From Tubulanus polymorphus (taxonomy: Eukaryota; Animalia; Nemertea), in assembly GCF_964204645.1 (NCBI RefSeq), contig NC_134036.1, positions 3,934,400 through 3,998,399 of the forward strand: DNA of 64,000 bases. The letters run 5' to 3'. Shown here piece by piece: positions 47,341 through 59,181 of this stretch. The position numbers and the translations under genes are program-made. The stretch's first letter is position 1; each line of letters starts with the position of its first letter. Below the pieces are notes generated by a model. The model saw only the letters and a list, made by a program, of their open reading frames with translations. It was not told the DNA's origin and did no database searches.

Positions 47341-47874
47341 CTGAGAAAAAAGAATAAAACATTGTATTATCGGTTATATGAAAAACCCACTCAAGTAATA
47401 AAGAAATAAAGTACGATTTAGCTAAAGTTGGTTCGACGTTTCGACAATATTCTGATTTTCATGGATACTAAACAGCAAGATCTTTTCGAAATTATTTTCC
47501 TTTTTAGTGTAGGATTTTTTATCGTCAATCACGGGCTTTATCAGTAACTATTCTACAGGTTCTCTGACATTTCTACCGATTTCACCATATTTCCATTGAC
47601 ATTTTCTTTTTCATGACATTATCAGGCCCATATCGATACGTCTCATCCGCTACATATTAAGGGTTAGGCTTAAACGCTATTTAAATATTCTAATATTGAT
47701 TTGCATTGGTAACTAACTACCAATATATAATTCAATTGAATTGGATTGAATAATAATACCTCAACTATAGGGACAAAAGAGGAACTATTGATTATTGAGA
47801 TCTTCTTTATATCGTGGGTCATCATGATTTTCTTTTTTGTGTTTAATCATCATATTTCAATTAATCGAATGCAC

Positions 47875-49221
47875 CTGTAATTTTAATCCGATCATTATTA
47901 TGAGTGCTTTTCTCGAAAATGCCATCAACATCAGAGGATTTACAGCGAACAGCGTCTTGATGGCCAACATCTCCTGTTGTGAGTTGATACTGAGTAGATG
48001 TCCCGCGTACTTCTGTCTACAGTACAATTCAGCATTCTCCCAATTCAGACGTACTTTTCTGATGAATTTCACGCAGGAAAATCCCGAATCTAAAAGCCCT
48101 GCTGATTCGCAGACTCTGTCGCGTTGTTTCGGCATTAGATTCTGTTCAAAGACGTATTGTATGCGGAATCTGGGCATTCTGTTTTTCACCTCGAGCCACA
48201 GCGATCCTTCCTTCAGACTATAGAATGTGACTCCCGGTACACCGTACGTTTCGCATAGTTTTTTCTCGTGACGGGCGTTACTCTGGTCTCTACCCTTTCT
48301 GTCGGCGTAGAACACTTCCTGCACGAATACGACCGCTTCCGTTTTATGTTGCGATTCTTTGATGCAAGGCGCTTCTTCCATATCTTTAATAACGAATCGG
48401 TAATACTGAATTCGCGTGCTGTTCAGCCTGAACCCGACGTTGTATTTCAAGACGACGTTGGATCTGCCGGCCGTTCCCGGGTAGTTCGGCGACTGCACGA
48501 TTCCACAATCGACCACACTTCGCTTCGTCCAGTCGATGTGATCGTTATGCTTTTTCAATCTTTGGCAGGTGCGCCGCAATTCGACGATGTAGGCGAACCT
48601 CCAGAACGCGTCGGCCTTATTGATTTTCACGGTGTACATAAGGCTGTTGCTGTTGTTGAGCCGCTGGCTACTGAGCGGCATGGCTCGTAAACATGACTTG
48701 GTAGAGAACATATGATCGGGCACGCACGAGCCGATTTCGTATTCGTACGGCGTCAATATGTAAATACTACGTGGCGCAACCCGTCGTTTTTCGGGCATAA
48801 TCCTGAAACAGCGCGACGTCACCGTAACCCGGCGCTCTCCTTGTCGCAGAGTGTAGCCGTCGCAGTCAGATGGACGTAACTTAAAGATACCTTCACCCAA
48901 GCGCTTGCCTGGACAGTTGTATGTGTAGCCTAATACGATAACCGGGCCGCCCGAGGTAATCAGACTGACGACGCTGCGTCGATAACCCGACGAACTGGGG
49001 CAATACGGGCCGTATCGTCGAGCCGTGAAATTACCACCGTCGTATATGTAAAATCCGGCATTTTCGCAATTCACGGACAGCACCGTTAGCTTGAGACTTT
49101 GTTCGTATATCTGGACTTTCCACGTGAATTCGTACAAATTGATACGGTACTTCAACGTCCTCGTTGGAAATGGGAGCAGCGTGTAGGACGCCAATGACGT
49201 CGTAGCCAACTTGCCGTGTAT
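47875..49221 (-). CDS. Copy 5 exon 2: CUB-like domains plus CTLD N-half (449 codons)
   Basis: Acceptor atttcag|ATA CAC GGC; donor CAG|gtgcat. Confidence 0.9.
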
Positions 49222-49561
49222 CTGAAATATATTTAGATGAATTAATGAAGTCAGAATGAATACCAATACAGTCAACATGTACACCGCCTACATACTGGTG
49301 ATTTAGGAATTCGGTGGAGTCGAATAGAGTATGGTGGTATGTCAGGGTTAATTTCGACTATTTCCAAAAATATACAGAAGCTCTTTGTGTAAACCAAAAT
49401 CTAACGTTAGAAGTCCAGACGAGCATCAGGCGGTTGTAGGTTGGCCTTACGACTTTCTACGAATCGACCTACCATCGCCTTTACCCCAAAATAATTGACG
49501 TAGGAATGGAATATTATTGGTTGTTGGAATAAGGACACGATCGAACAAATATAAAACTTAC

Positions 49562-50773
49562 AACAGGCTTGATAATGCGGAGCTCTGACTTCGTGAGCGA
49601 TTTCGTTCTGAAGTCTATTTCTACCATTACATTTGTCATATTCTTCGTAAGAACGCACAGTATGACTATAAAACCGTCAGAGTTGACACTCAGTGATTCC
49701 AAGTAGTTATAACCGAGTAAAATATCAGTTCCTACAACGCGTAGCCCTTCTTGTTTATATACACCAATGACGTCATCGGATGTGCTGAGACCACGTGTCC
49801 AGTTGAAGACGACGTACTGTAACACCTGCACAGTGATAGACCAGCAGTGTAAGTGTTTTGATCGAGTTATTACGTGTAAACTGTTGACATCGGGAATGAG
49901 CACTCCCGACTCGTTATTAGAGATCTGTATCAACGGATTCGAGACGTTCCAATCGGATATTCTGTACATCTGGATTAAAAGCTCAGTCGTTGTTTTGAAT
50001 TGATCCGACACGAAAATGATGGCTTTGTTAGTTTTGGTATAAAACGATGACGGCTGCTGTCCGCTCTGTATACCTATAAGCGCTATCGGTTCACTGCTGA
50101 TGTTCCAGCTGTCGTAAATGCGAAAACTCGTCGCTGGGTCGACACCGGCACCAGGGTATAGTTTCAGGTCCAAATCTACGAATGTGAAATTCATCGCCAA
50201 ACCATCCGGGATTTCGATCCATTCGATGAACAACTGACATCGGAAATTAAGGAACATTGAGAATTTGTATCCGGTCGATGTTTTTAACTTATTCACTTTA
50301 AAACTCCATCTCCCGCAACTATGAGTGATTCTCAATTGGCTTCTTTCGTAACGATACACGATATAAACCCGACTACCTCGCGCACCATCGACGTTACTCC
50401 TAAACATCATCGAGATCGAATCGTTACGAACGATGTCGTATTTTCCGTTACCGCAGAAGGTTCTCCCGTCAATGAATAGGTAGTTGTCACTGCAGAAAAT
50501 TGACGGCTCGATATCGTAATACGTTTCGACGTGAAAAGTTCCCGGTAAAGAGCTGTTGACGAACCAATGACATTCAACACCGCGCGATAACGAAGGGTAA
50601 TTCGGTGAAACGATGTAACCGGACGTAGAATCTAGCGGGTACCACGTGTTGTTACAAGACGAACTAACCGTCACAGACGATTCCTCGATAGAGTCTGCGC
50701 GATCAGCGCGCGCGACGCGAACTTGAAAGACGATCAGCGACGCTATAAACAGCGCTCTCAGTCGCTGCTCCAT
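49562..50773 (-). CDS. Copy 5 exon 1: signal peptide plus CUB domains (404 codons); predicted protein 1933 aa
   Basis: ATG-GAG at 50773; donor GTT|gtaagt at the homologous position. Confidence 0.86.
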
Positions 50774-51090
50774 ACCGAACAACATCAACACTTCAGAATG
50801 ATTGTCGAACATCGGCAGAACAATTGGTCAAATTATGACAAAAATCGTCTATTGGATGTCATCCGTCTGTACGTTTTTGAATCGATTTTCGAATTATTGC
50901 AATTTTCTTCCCGATCCAAAATGTCCCCAGCTCGACGGGGGTTTAAGAATTGATGGACTATAATTGTAGTTGATGACTTCAAATTTCGTCGTATAGAATA
51001 TTCGAACTTTCCTTTAAAGTATAGCTTTCATTCGTGAATGAAGAAGTCCCACAATTCGAATTTCATACGATAAAGTTTATTAGAATGAAA

Positions 51091-51135
51091 CCTCGAAGTT
51101 TCGGCCGTTGACCAACAGCCAGATCATCAGGCGGA
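51091..51135 (-). ncRNA. Degenerate minimal hammerhead ribozyme, Penelope-like element remnant
   Basis: The minus strand reads ccgc-CTGATGA-tct-ggctgttg-gt-caacggcc-GAAAC-TTC-gagg, followed by AATAAA. Confidence 0.5.
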
Positions 51136-51543
51136 ATGACCAGAAAAAAAAAACAGTAACATAGGAAATAAACCCACAGGTCGTTAAGAGAAGCTATGTG
51201 TCAGAACTTGATAAACAGAATTAGCATAAAAACACCATAGGGTTCCACCGTAGGAACCACAAAATTAATAAGGTTTAGTTAAGAAGGTTTAGATACCTAC
51301 GTAACTATGGTTTAGTTGAAGGCTTATGTCAATAAGTTGATAAACCGGCAATTAGACGAAAAACCGCGAGAGAATCCGACGTTTTGACCCTAATCTATGA
51401 GCCATTTCCAAATCTAATCTATTGCATATAACTGTATAACAACATGGATTATAGCGTCAAGGTAACTAAGTGATCCCTTGACTAAGGAGTTTATTTTTGG
51501 GTTAAGAGAAACCTACCGTCGGTCACATCTGCTCTTCGCGCGT

Positions 51544-51969
51544 CGTTTTGGTCCGTAATTTCGTTAATAATCAGTTGTAAATATTATGCATCAATTTGTT
51601 CAGTAAGGAATTTGCATTCAGAAATAAATCACGAACTGGCATAAATTAGTTTGTGTTTTCATCTATCAGCGATAGTTTACCTAGCATACGCTCGCGTAAT
51701 GCTGAAAAACGGCTTTTATGGCCCGTCACGTTGCGCCACCTACTGTATTTTGATATGCTAATGAGCAGATGATGACGTCACTGTAACGGTTGAGCGGATT
51801 TTTCAGCATTACGCGAGCGTATGCTGAGTAAACTATCGCTCATAAATGAAAACAAAAACAACTTTAGTAAACATTGTTGTTTATTTCTGACTGCAAATTC
51901 CTCACTGAACAAATTGATGCGTAATAAAGGTAGATAAACCGATTATTAACGAAATTACGGACCAAAACG
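51544..51969. mobile_element. Foldback/MITE with ~170-bp inverted arms
   Basis: 51544-51710 is an imperfect reverse complement of ~51798-51969 (cgttttggtccgtaatttcgttaataatc / gattattaacgaaattacggaccaaaacg; agcatacgctcgcgtaatgctgaaaaa / tttttcagcattacgcgagcgtatgct). Confidence 0.88.
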
Positions 51970-53482
51970 TCACGTTTTTGAAAATAATAGCTGACTCGAG
52001 GATGAGACGTTTATATGAATCATATCAAGATTATATGAATTATTGTGTCCACAGATTCTCCTGCTTGTAACTCGGTTTTTCTGAGGTCAGTCTGCGTTAT
52101 GGGTAACTGGTTTTGATTGAAGTAGATATGTTATGTAGAATATCAAAACGTATTCAATGAAATCATCAAAATGAAATGGAAAATGTAAAAAACACATTAT
52201 TTAATTAATGTGTATGGTGGCGTATTCGTATCCAGGATATTTTTTTCAAATCCTATTAGTGCGGGTATCATTTAACAGCCACTAACACGTGCCACATTAG
52301 ACTAATTATCTCTTCATCGAAGAGGTTGACCGATCTGTTTTTCTCCCGCTCGGCGTGATGAAATGTTCTGCTTATGTCAGCGGAAATCAGGTCTTTATCT
52401 ATCTATAATTCGTTTTCGAAAAAAAATATTTAGGGTCGAGACCGGAGACATGGTTATATTACATGGAATATTGATAATCCGTTTTTTTAAGATCAGCGAG
52501 TGAATTAAGTAGAGGGGTGGGTACAGGCAGATAAACGTCAATCCTCAGTAGAGAATTCGAATAGCCAAATACCAATAGACCTATAATTCGAATTCTCCAT
52601 ACTAACAACACGCAGTTTCTTTTTTTTACATACATCATATCATGATTCCAATTCCGTCAAACATTTTCGGGAATCTAATAGTAAATATCAAAATATCGTT
52701 AATTCTAAGATTGTAAGCTGATGCTGACAAATATAGCACTCAAATATCATAACTATCTCTCAGTATAGTAGACCCCTCATTGATTTTCATCACGGGCCAG
52801 AGCAATATACCATTCGCATATAACTTAAGTAAGCGGCTTCTGTCGTTTTAGATGAGATCGTTTTGATGTTTATTGCGATTATCACGCGATCAAAAAGAAA
52901 GGACCCACAGTAGGAAGCCAAGCTTATTTTGACGTTTCACCTCAATAGCTATGAGGCATTATCATAAGCAGATTAGTTACTCAAGATCGACGGTAAAATT
53001 ACTATCGGCTCATAGCATACGCCTTGAAATGTCAACGTTTTAGTAAGTATATTAAACGCGGGAAATCCCAAAATAATGAAGCCAAAAATGCACATTTCTT
53101 CGTTACTCTTATTTTCTATTTGATAAAATTATTTTTGAGAGGATTTGCACTACGTCATCAATATATCGTATATCGCAGCTAGACTGGTTGCCGGTCAACT
53201 TAATTCATTCAACACAACTTAATTGACCCTTATATGTTATATCTAAGCTTGTATTAGATTATTCATTGTTGACAATATTAAGCAATATATGTGGGTTTCT
53301 CAAGGCGTCAATAAACTTAAGGTTACTTTCTTGTTGACGTGAACTAATCAAAAATAGATGTTATACATTTTATCAGCACTTCAATTCAAATTGAAATATT
53401 GAGCTTGAATATAAGGAGCTTAATTTGTTACACGTACGAATGGAATAACAACGTAACAACCTTCCATTTTTTTCCGATTATT

Positions 53483-56400
53483 TTATTTTGGGATACTTGG
53501 CTTTGTAAGATGTTGGCGGCGTTTATTTCTTGCTCGAATGGATTTCATATCGATAGTCAGTATTGTGTAGAGAAGTGGATTTAGGGACGAGTTGATCGGT
53601 AAGAAAAGAACCGCCAGCCAAGCCGCCACCTGATTCGGTATTTCTACCCGAAATACCGTGCAAAACTGAACGGTAATTAACGGCAGCCAGCAAAAGAGAT
53701 TACAAAGATTTATCACCAAACTTCTGCGTGCCAAAATAAGTTCAGTAGGGTCGATTCTACCCGAACCAGACCTGCTTCCAGATACGAGTCTGTACATCTG
53801 GACATAAGTCGTCATTATTGTAGAAAGTATGACAGAGTTAAAAATGGCAAAAATGGTGAATGAATATTGCCAGGCGTTGACATCAATTGATATTAAATTC
53901 ATAGGTAAACAAACTCCAGTTGTGCCGTAGAAGTTGTTTCCAAAATAAGATAACTGTGACACCGGTATTATAGCTATGGTACCCATGGATAACCAACATA
54001 CGCCACAAATAATCGACACATATCTCGGAGATGTAGTCGGGCTTCCTGAAAATGGATTAACAATATTTGAGAATCTATTACGAGTAAGAATAAGCAGAAA
54101 AGATAACGAGCCTTCGCAAGAAATTGTCACTATAACTCCAGCGAAACTACACAATGCACTATTCGTCCAACTTTCCGAATAAAGAAAATAAACTCCTTTG
54201 AAAACGTAATCTGCTCCCGCGATTAAGAACAAATAAATCGACATCAGAAAATCACAAACTGCGATATTGATGATGAGGATGTCAGAGGATGTGCTATTGG
54301 TCTCAGAGGATGAAAGTCGAATAGCCAAAATACGGAATAAAATGACAATACTGTTCGCAAACAAACTGAACGCAGCGATGACCCAGATGATAGCTCTGAG
54401 AACTGTGTTACCCATCAAATCAGAACAGGAGGAAAATTGATCAGCTTTTGGAAGACACTGGTCAACATTCGGAGCCATGCAGCAAAATTTGTAAGCGCTT
54501 GAAGCGAGAAAAGCCAAAGATGTCAGATTATTGAAAACGCCTTTTCCAACAGAAATAACTTCGGAATTGTTGGTTATGTCGAGGATTCTGAGTGACCTCA
54601 ATCCCGAGAATGTGTACTTTGACATATGTTGGATTCTGTTACCGCTGATATTCAATGTCTGTAATGCGGTCAAACCTTTAAATACATTTCTCGCAAAGGT
54701 CGATAAATGAAGCCCATAAAGATTGAGAACTCGAAGCGATTTCAAACCTAGAAAACTGCCCTCTATTAAATATCTCAGCGGATTGCCAGTAATGAATAAC
54801 TGTTCTAAACTATACAAACCGGTGAACGTATTTGCGGATAAGAATGTTATGTTGTTATATGTAAGATCTAATGTATGCAGATTATGCAGGTTTGAGAAGG
54901 AGTTCGGTAAAATATAAGACAATTCATTGAAGGAGAGGTTAAGCATACGAAGATATACAAAAGAAGATAATATTGACTCGCTTATAAGGATTCTGTTTTT
55001 TGATAATATTAAAAGTCGAGTCGATGCCGAGAAGAGAGTAGTTATATCTGTTAGACCAGCATTTTCACAATCGATCGAACGGCCTTGACATTTACAGCCT
55101 CTAGGACACGTGACATTACAGAAAGCCTCATCATCAGTTGTATGTTTACAATTTACGACACCATCACAAACTTCAGATTGTGGAATACATCGATTTTCCT
55201 GACCACATTTAAACATTCCCGGACATGAAAATGTCTCGCAGTTTTGCTCATCTTCTGATATAGGACAATCTGATTGACCATCGCACACCTGTCTGATCGG
55301 TATACAGTACGATGCTGGACATTTTACAGTACCAGCTGGACATTCAAATTCTTCACATCTTGATACGTGTTCAAGATTTCTACAAACTGGGAAACCATTT
55401 ATCATTCTTTCCAGAATACATCTGTGGCGTCTTGGATAACAGTGAGGAGAATCGAAGGAACATCTTTGTGCATCATATTCTGTGCAGAGTTTCGTACAGT
55501 GGTTATCATTAGTGCACTGAACCTCAGGATTTACTGTCACATTGGTAGTTGCTACTATTTCATCTTCTTCAAGGATTCCACTGCAATCCACAACTCCATC
55601 CTGATACAACTGAGAACTGATACAGTCCCCACTATTGCACAGGAACCCATGACATAGTTCAGCAGTGCATCCCATTTCATCGGAGCCGTCCTTGCAATCA
55701 GTGGCTCCATCACACCTGTTTGATTTACCGACACATTGACCATTTTTGCAGCGAAATTGTTCGGACAAACACGGTGGATGAAAACACGAGTTCTCATCGG
55801 AACCATCCACACAATCCTGTATGAAGTCACAGAAACCACTTATTGATATGAACTGACCATCATCGCATTGAAACTGACTGTGTAAATTGATATCCGTACA
55901 ATTGAGTTCATCTTCACCGTGTTGACATTCGTGTCTGGTATCACATACGTGATGGTCGCTGATACATCTGTGATCGTTACATTCAAACTGCCACGATTTA
56001 CAACCGCTTATAGAAGCTAATTCTTCATCAGTTACATTATATGAACACAAAACAGAATGCGCTGTATCTGTCACATTATCAAACTTTTTCATCTTCCATT
56101 GAACTGATTGAATATGAGTAATTTCATCTCTAGTGATTATTGGTATCAAAAGTATTAATCTGTATCGATCATCAATGGCCAGTATAGCACCATACCGGTG
56201 CTCATAGTGTAATGTTTGAATTATCCTCATATATTCTCTTCCATACGACAATGTAATACCTATTTTACCGTTTATTTTATTACACATTTCCGTTGCTTGT
56301 TCGACGTCCAAATTGTGATATTTATTCCAGTCAGTCAGTATTTGATAACATCGCCCTGCTATATCTACCCAACCCCGAATACAGGTTGAATCAGTGACGT

Positions 56401-56740
56401 CTAGCTTTGGAAATGAATAATTTTCAGCGGTTACTATTGTTTCATTGTCGTATCTCGTCAGATTGCCATCTTGCTTTGTTTCATTTCGATCCGATTCGCA
56501 AACAAACGTTGTATGAACCTCCTCGATTAGACATGGGAATCGAACCCAGTTCGCCGAACCTCGTGGATTATTCAGTATCATCGCCGTACACGGCACATTT
56601 ACGTCATTTATCGGTTGTTTTCTTAGAGGAGATATCAAGCCTCGAATAACTTCTGGTATCGTTTCGTTATTTGTAGGTTTATACCACTCCGTGTAGCTCA
56701 ATGGTTTCCCGTCAGTCCACGAGTAATGAGCTGCTCTAGG
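53483..56740 (-). CDS. GRL101: Copy 6 exon 3: CTLD C-half, LDLa, LRR, 7TM (1085 aa; most divergent copy)
   Basis: Acceptor gatttacag|CCT AGA (PRAAHYSWTDGKP); ORF 53483-56701. Confidence 0.94.
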   Translation of the reverse strand, partial: PRAAHYSWTDGKPLSYTEWYKPTNNETIPEVIRGLISPLRKQPINDVNVPCTAMILNNPRGSANWVRFPCLIEEVHTTFVCESDRNETKQDGNLTRYDNETIVTAENYSFPKLDVTDSTCIRGWVDIAGRCYQILTDWNKYHNLDVEQATEMCNKINGKIGITLSYGREYMRIIQTLHYEHRYGAILAIDDRYRLILLIPIITRDEITHIQSVQWKMKKFDNVTDTAHSVLCSYNVTDEELASISGCKSWQFECNDHRCISDHHVCDTRHECQHGEDELNCTDINLHSQFQCDDGQFISISGFCDFIQDCVDGSDENSCFHPPCLSEQFRCKNGQCVGKSNRCDGATDCKDGSDEMGCTAELCHGFLCNSGDCISSQLYQDGVVDCSGILEEDEIVATTNVTVNPEVQCTNDNHCTKLCTEYDAQRCSFDSPHCYPRRHRCILERMINGFPVCRNLEHVSRCEEFECPAGTVKCPASYCIPIRQVCDGQSDCPISEDEQNCETFSCPGMFKCGQENRCIPQSEVCDGVVNCKHTTDDEAFCNVTCPRGCKCQGRSIDCENAGLTDITTLFSASTRLLILSKNRILISESILSSFVYLRMLNLSFNELSYILPNSFSNLHNLHTLDLTYNNITFLSANTFTGLYSLEQLFITGNPLRYLIEGSFLGLKSLRVLNLYGLHLSTFARNVFKGLTALQTLNISGNRIQHMSKYTFSGLRSLRILDITNNSEVISVGKGVFNNLTSLAFLASSAYKFCCMAPNVDQCLPKADQFSSCSDLMGNTVLRAIIWVIAAFSLFANSIVILFRILAIRLSSSETNSTSSDILIINIAVCDFLMSIYLFLIAGADYVFKGVYFLYSESWTNSALCSFAGVIVTISCEGSLSFLLILTRNRFSNIVNPFSGSPTTSPRYVSIICGVCWLSMGTIAIIPVSQLSYFGNNFYGTTGVCLPMNLISIDVNAWQYSFTIFAIFNSVILSTIMTTYVQMYRLVSGSRSGSGRIDPTELILARRSLVINLCNLFCWLPLITVQFCTVFRVEIPNQVAAWLAVLFLPINSSLNPLLYTILTIDMKSIRARNKRRQHLTKPSIPK

Positions 56741-56869
56741 CTGTAAATCAAATTGAAGATAACTTTATTTCATGCACGACAGAAAGTACCCGAGACCATT
56801 TTTGGACGATCTCGCTTGAAAACTCATATTCAACTGTTCATAGATTGTTTAATGTAATCTTTTGTTTAC

Positions 56870-58171
56870 CTCATATGTTAGCCCAATCATGACTATGAGA
56901 GCAGTTCGCGTGTATCCCTCCTTGAGCAGTTCCCGGGCGAACAGACTTTTGATGGCCATCATTTCCTGTTGTGAGTTGATACTGAGTAGATGTCCCGCGT
57001 ACTTCTGCCTACAATACAATTCAGCATTCTCCCAATTCAGAATTTTATCTCCGATGTATTTTACGCACGAAATTCCAGAATCTAGAAATCCTGATTTACA
57101 GACATTTCCAACCCGTTTGACGAGTGATTTCTCTTCGACCGTATATTGTATTTGAAAAGTGGGGATGAAATTTTTCACCTCAAACCAGAGCTGCATGATA
57201 TCCAGACTATACAATACAACCCCCGGTACTGACACTCTACCGCATATTTTAGTTACGTGTTGAACTTGCTTACGTCGTGTAGTTCCGTAGAAGTTCTGTA
57301 CACGTTGCACCAACAAAACGGGATCGTTGTCCATCCCGGATGACTTCTCGCACGACGTCGCTTCGATATGTTTCAACATGAATCTATAAAATTGGACTCG
57401 ATCGAGTTTGCGTCTGAATTCGAATGTATAGCGTTTAGGTTCTCGTTCGCTTTCCGCTTTGCCGGGGTAGTTCGTCGACTGCACGCGACCGCATTCCGGA
57501 GTCAACGCGGACAGGTCGGTGTTCTTGTCGATTGTTTTCAGTCGCATGCATTTACGTCGCAGTTTGACGACGATGAGCTTTTTCCAGAAGTCGTACGCAC
57601 TTTTTAGGTTGACCGTGTGCAAGACAACTCCATCGAGATGTCGAACGTTGAATCGCCACATGTGCCGACACGTCGATGTCGGAAAGTACTGATTGACGAC
57701 GCACGAATCGACTTCGTATTCGTGCTCGGACCAAATGTAGATATCTTTTAAAGGGAGGCGCCGGTTTTCGGGCGTTATCAGAACGCAGTCGGACGTCGCG
57801 TTGACGTGTTGTTCTCCTTTCTTTAGTAGTCGACTGTCGCAATCTGTCGGACGAAACACGTACCAGCCTGCATTAAAACCCACGCTATGGTCGTATAAGT
57901 AGATGACAACCATTACCAGTCCACCCGATGTAATCAGACTGACGACGTTACGGTCGTATCTCCTTAAACGAGGACAATACGGACCGTAGCGTCTAGCCGT
58001 GAAATTACCACCGTCGAATATGTAAAATCCAGCTCGCTCGCAGTTCTCTGATAAAACTGTTAGTTCCATATTTTCTTCATAAATGTGAACGGCTGACTTG
58101 AATTCGTATGAATAAAAGCGATAAAACCTACCCGAAGGAAAAGGAGTCAAGCGCCGCTGTCTATCAGTAAG
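56870..58171 (-). CDS. Copy 6 exon 2: CUB-like domains plus CTLD N-half (434 codons)
   Basis: Polypyrimidine acceptor ttttttttatcttatag|CTT, phase 0; donor GAG|gtaaac; 129-bp intron 2. Confidence 0.87.
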
Positions 58172-59181
58172 CTATAAGATAAAAAAAAAACAAAAATTTT
58201 GATTTTGATTTTGATTTATCGTTGGGCTCAAGGTATGATCTGTGGGAAGAAAAATATGGCATTCTTTCAGAAAAGCCTATTATTCATCATTTACCCGTCA
58301 AACTTTCATATTTTATTCGTTAAACCTTCGTTTTACCCGTTTAGAACTTTTATTTTACATATGTGTAAACTTAACTTTAGATTTACCCGTAAATTCTTCA
58401 TACATTGCTCGTCAAAACTGATCTCAGTGTACTCAAAAACTAAATCGCTTATACAAATATACAATCTAATCAAATATTTTGTTTTCTTATTTTAACAGAA
58501 TATCAAATACTTTGACAGAATTGATTATCGATATGAATTATGAATGTTTTAGTTTTGACGGCTGAAGCTTTGTCGGGTAAAATAAAAATGTTGGCAAGGC
58601 AAGTTTGATCTTTCACACGACATGATAGAAAACCCACTATGTACCGATAAAACGATCTCTATTGAGAGTTCGAAACATCATTTCAAATTTCTAATCAAAT
58701 AAACTCTTGGTTGTAAGACTTTTTAATATGAACACAGTGGTACTTTTAGATATATCATCAATTTTTTTTCACGTTTGAGTATGGTTATTGTACTCGGTTG
58801 ATGTTTTATTTTGACAGTTTACCTATGCCTTAGAAAGAAGGTCTAGTAGTAATTAGTATTGTTGTATATGGCGTAACAGAGATCCTAGCGGTAGACACTA
58901 CGATGAACGTAAGCGTAAAGGAAAACGTGAATGAACGACCAATAATCATAGGGGATTCCATGTAGTTTTGAAGTGATAAATGTGTATTTTTTTCTGTAGA
59001 TTATCTAAACTAATCAAATGCATGTATATTTTAGAACCGGTGTCGCCAAAAAAAGCCATCGGGAAAAACGTATATCCACCACATCTAAACCTTTCATATA
59101 TGTAATTGGTAAATACGTTTAATTATTGTACCTAGTCACCCTTCTTAGTTTTTTGTTCTTAGTTTTGATAACAACACGTAC

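Noticed and set aside
58820-59010. Possible extra mini-exon in copy 6 intron 1
   Set aside because: All frames hit stops before the candidate donor.
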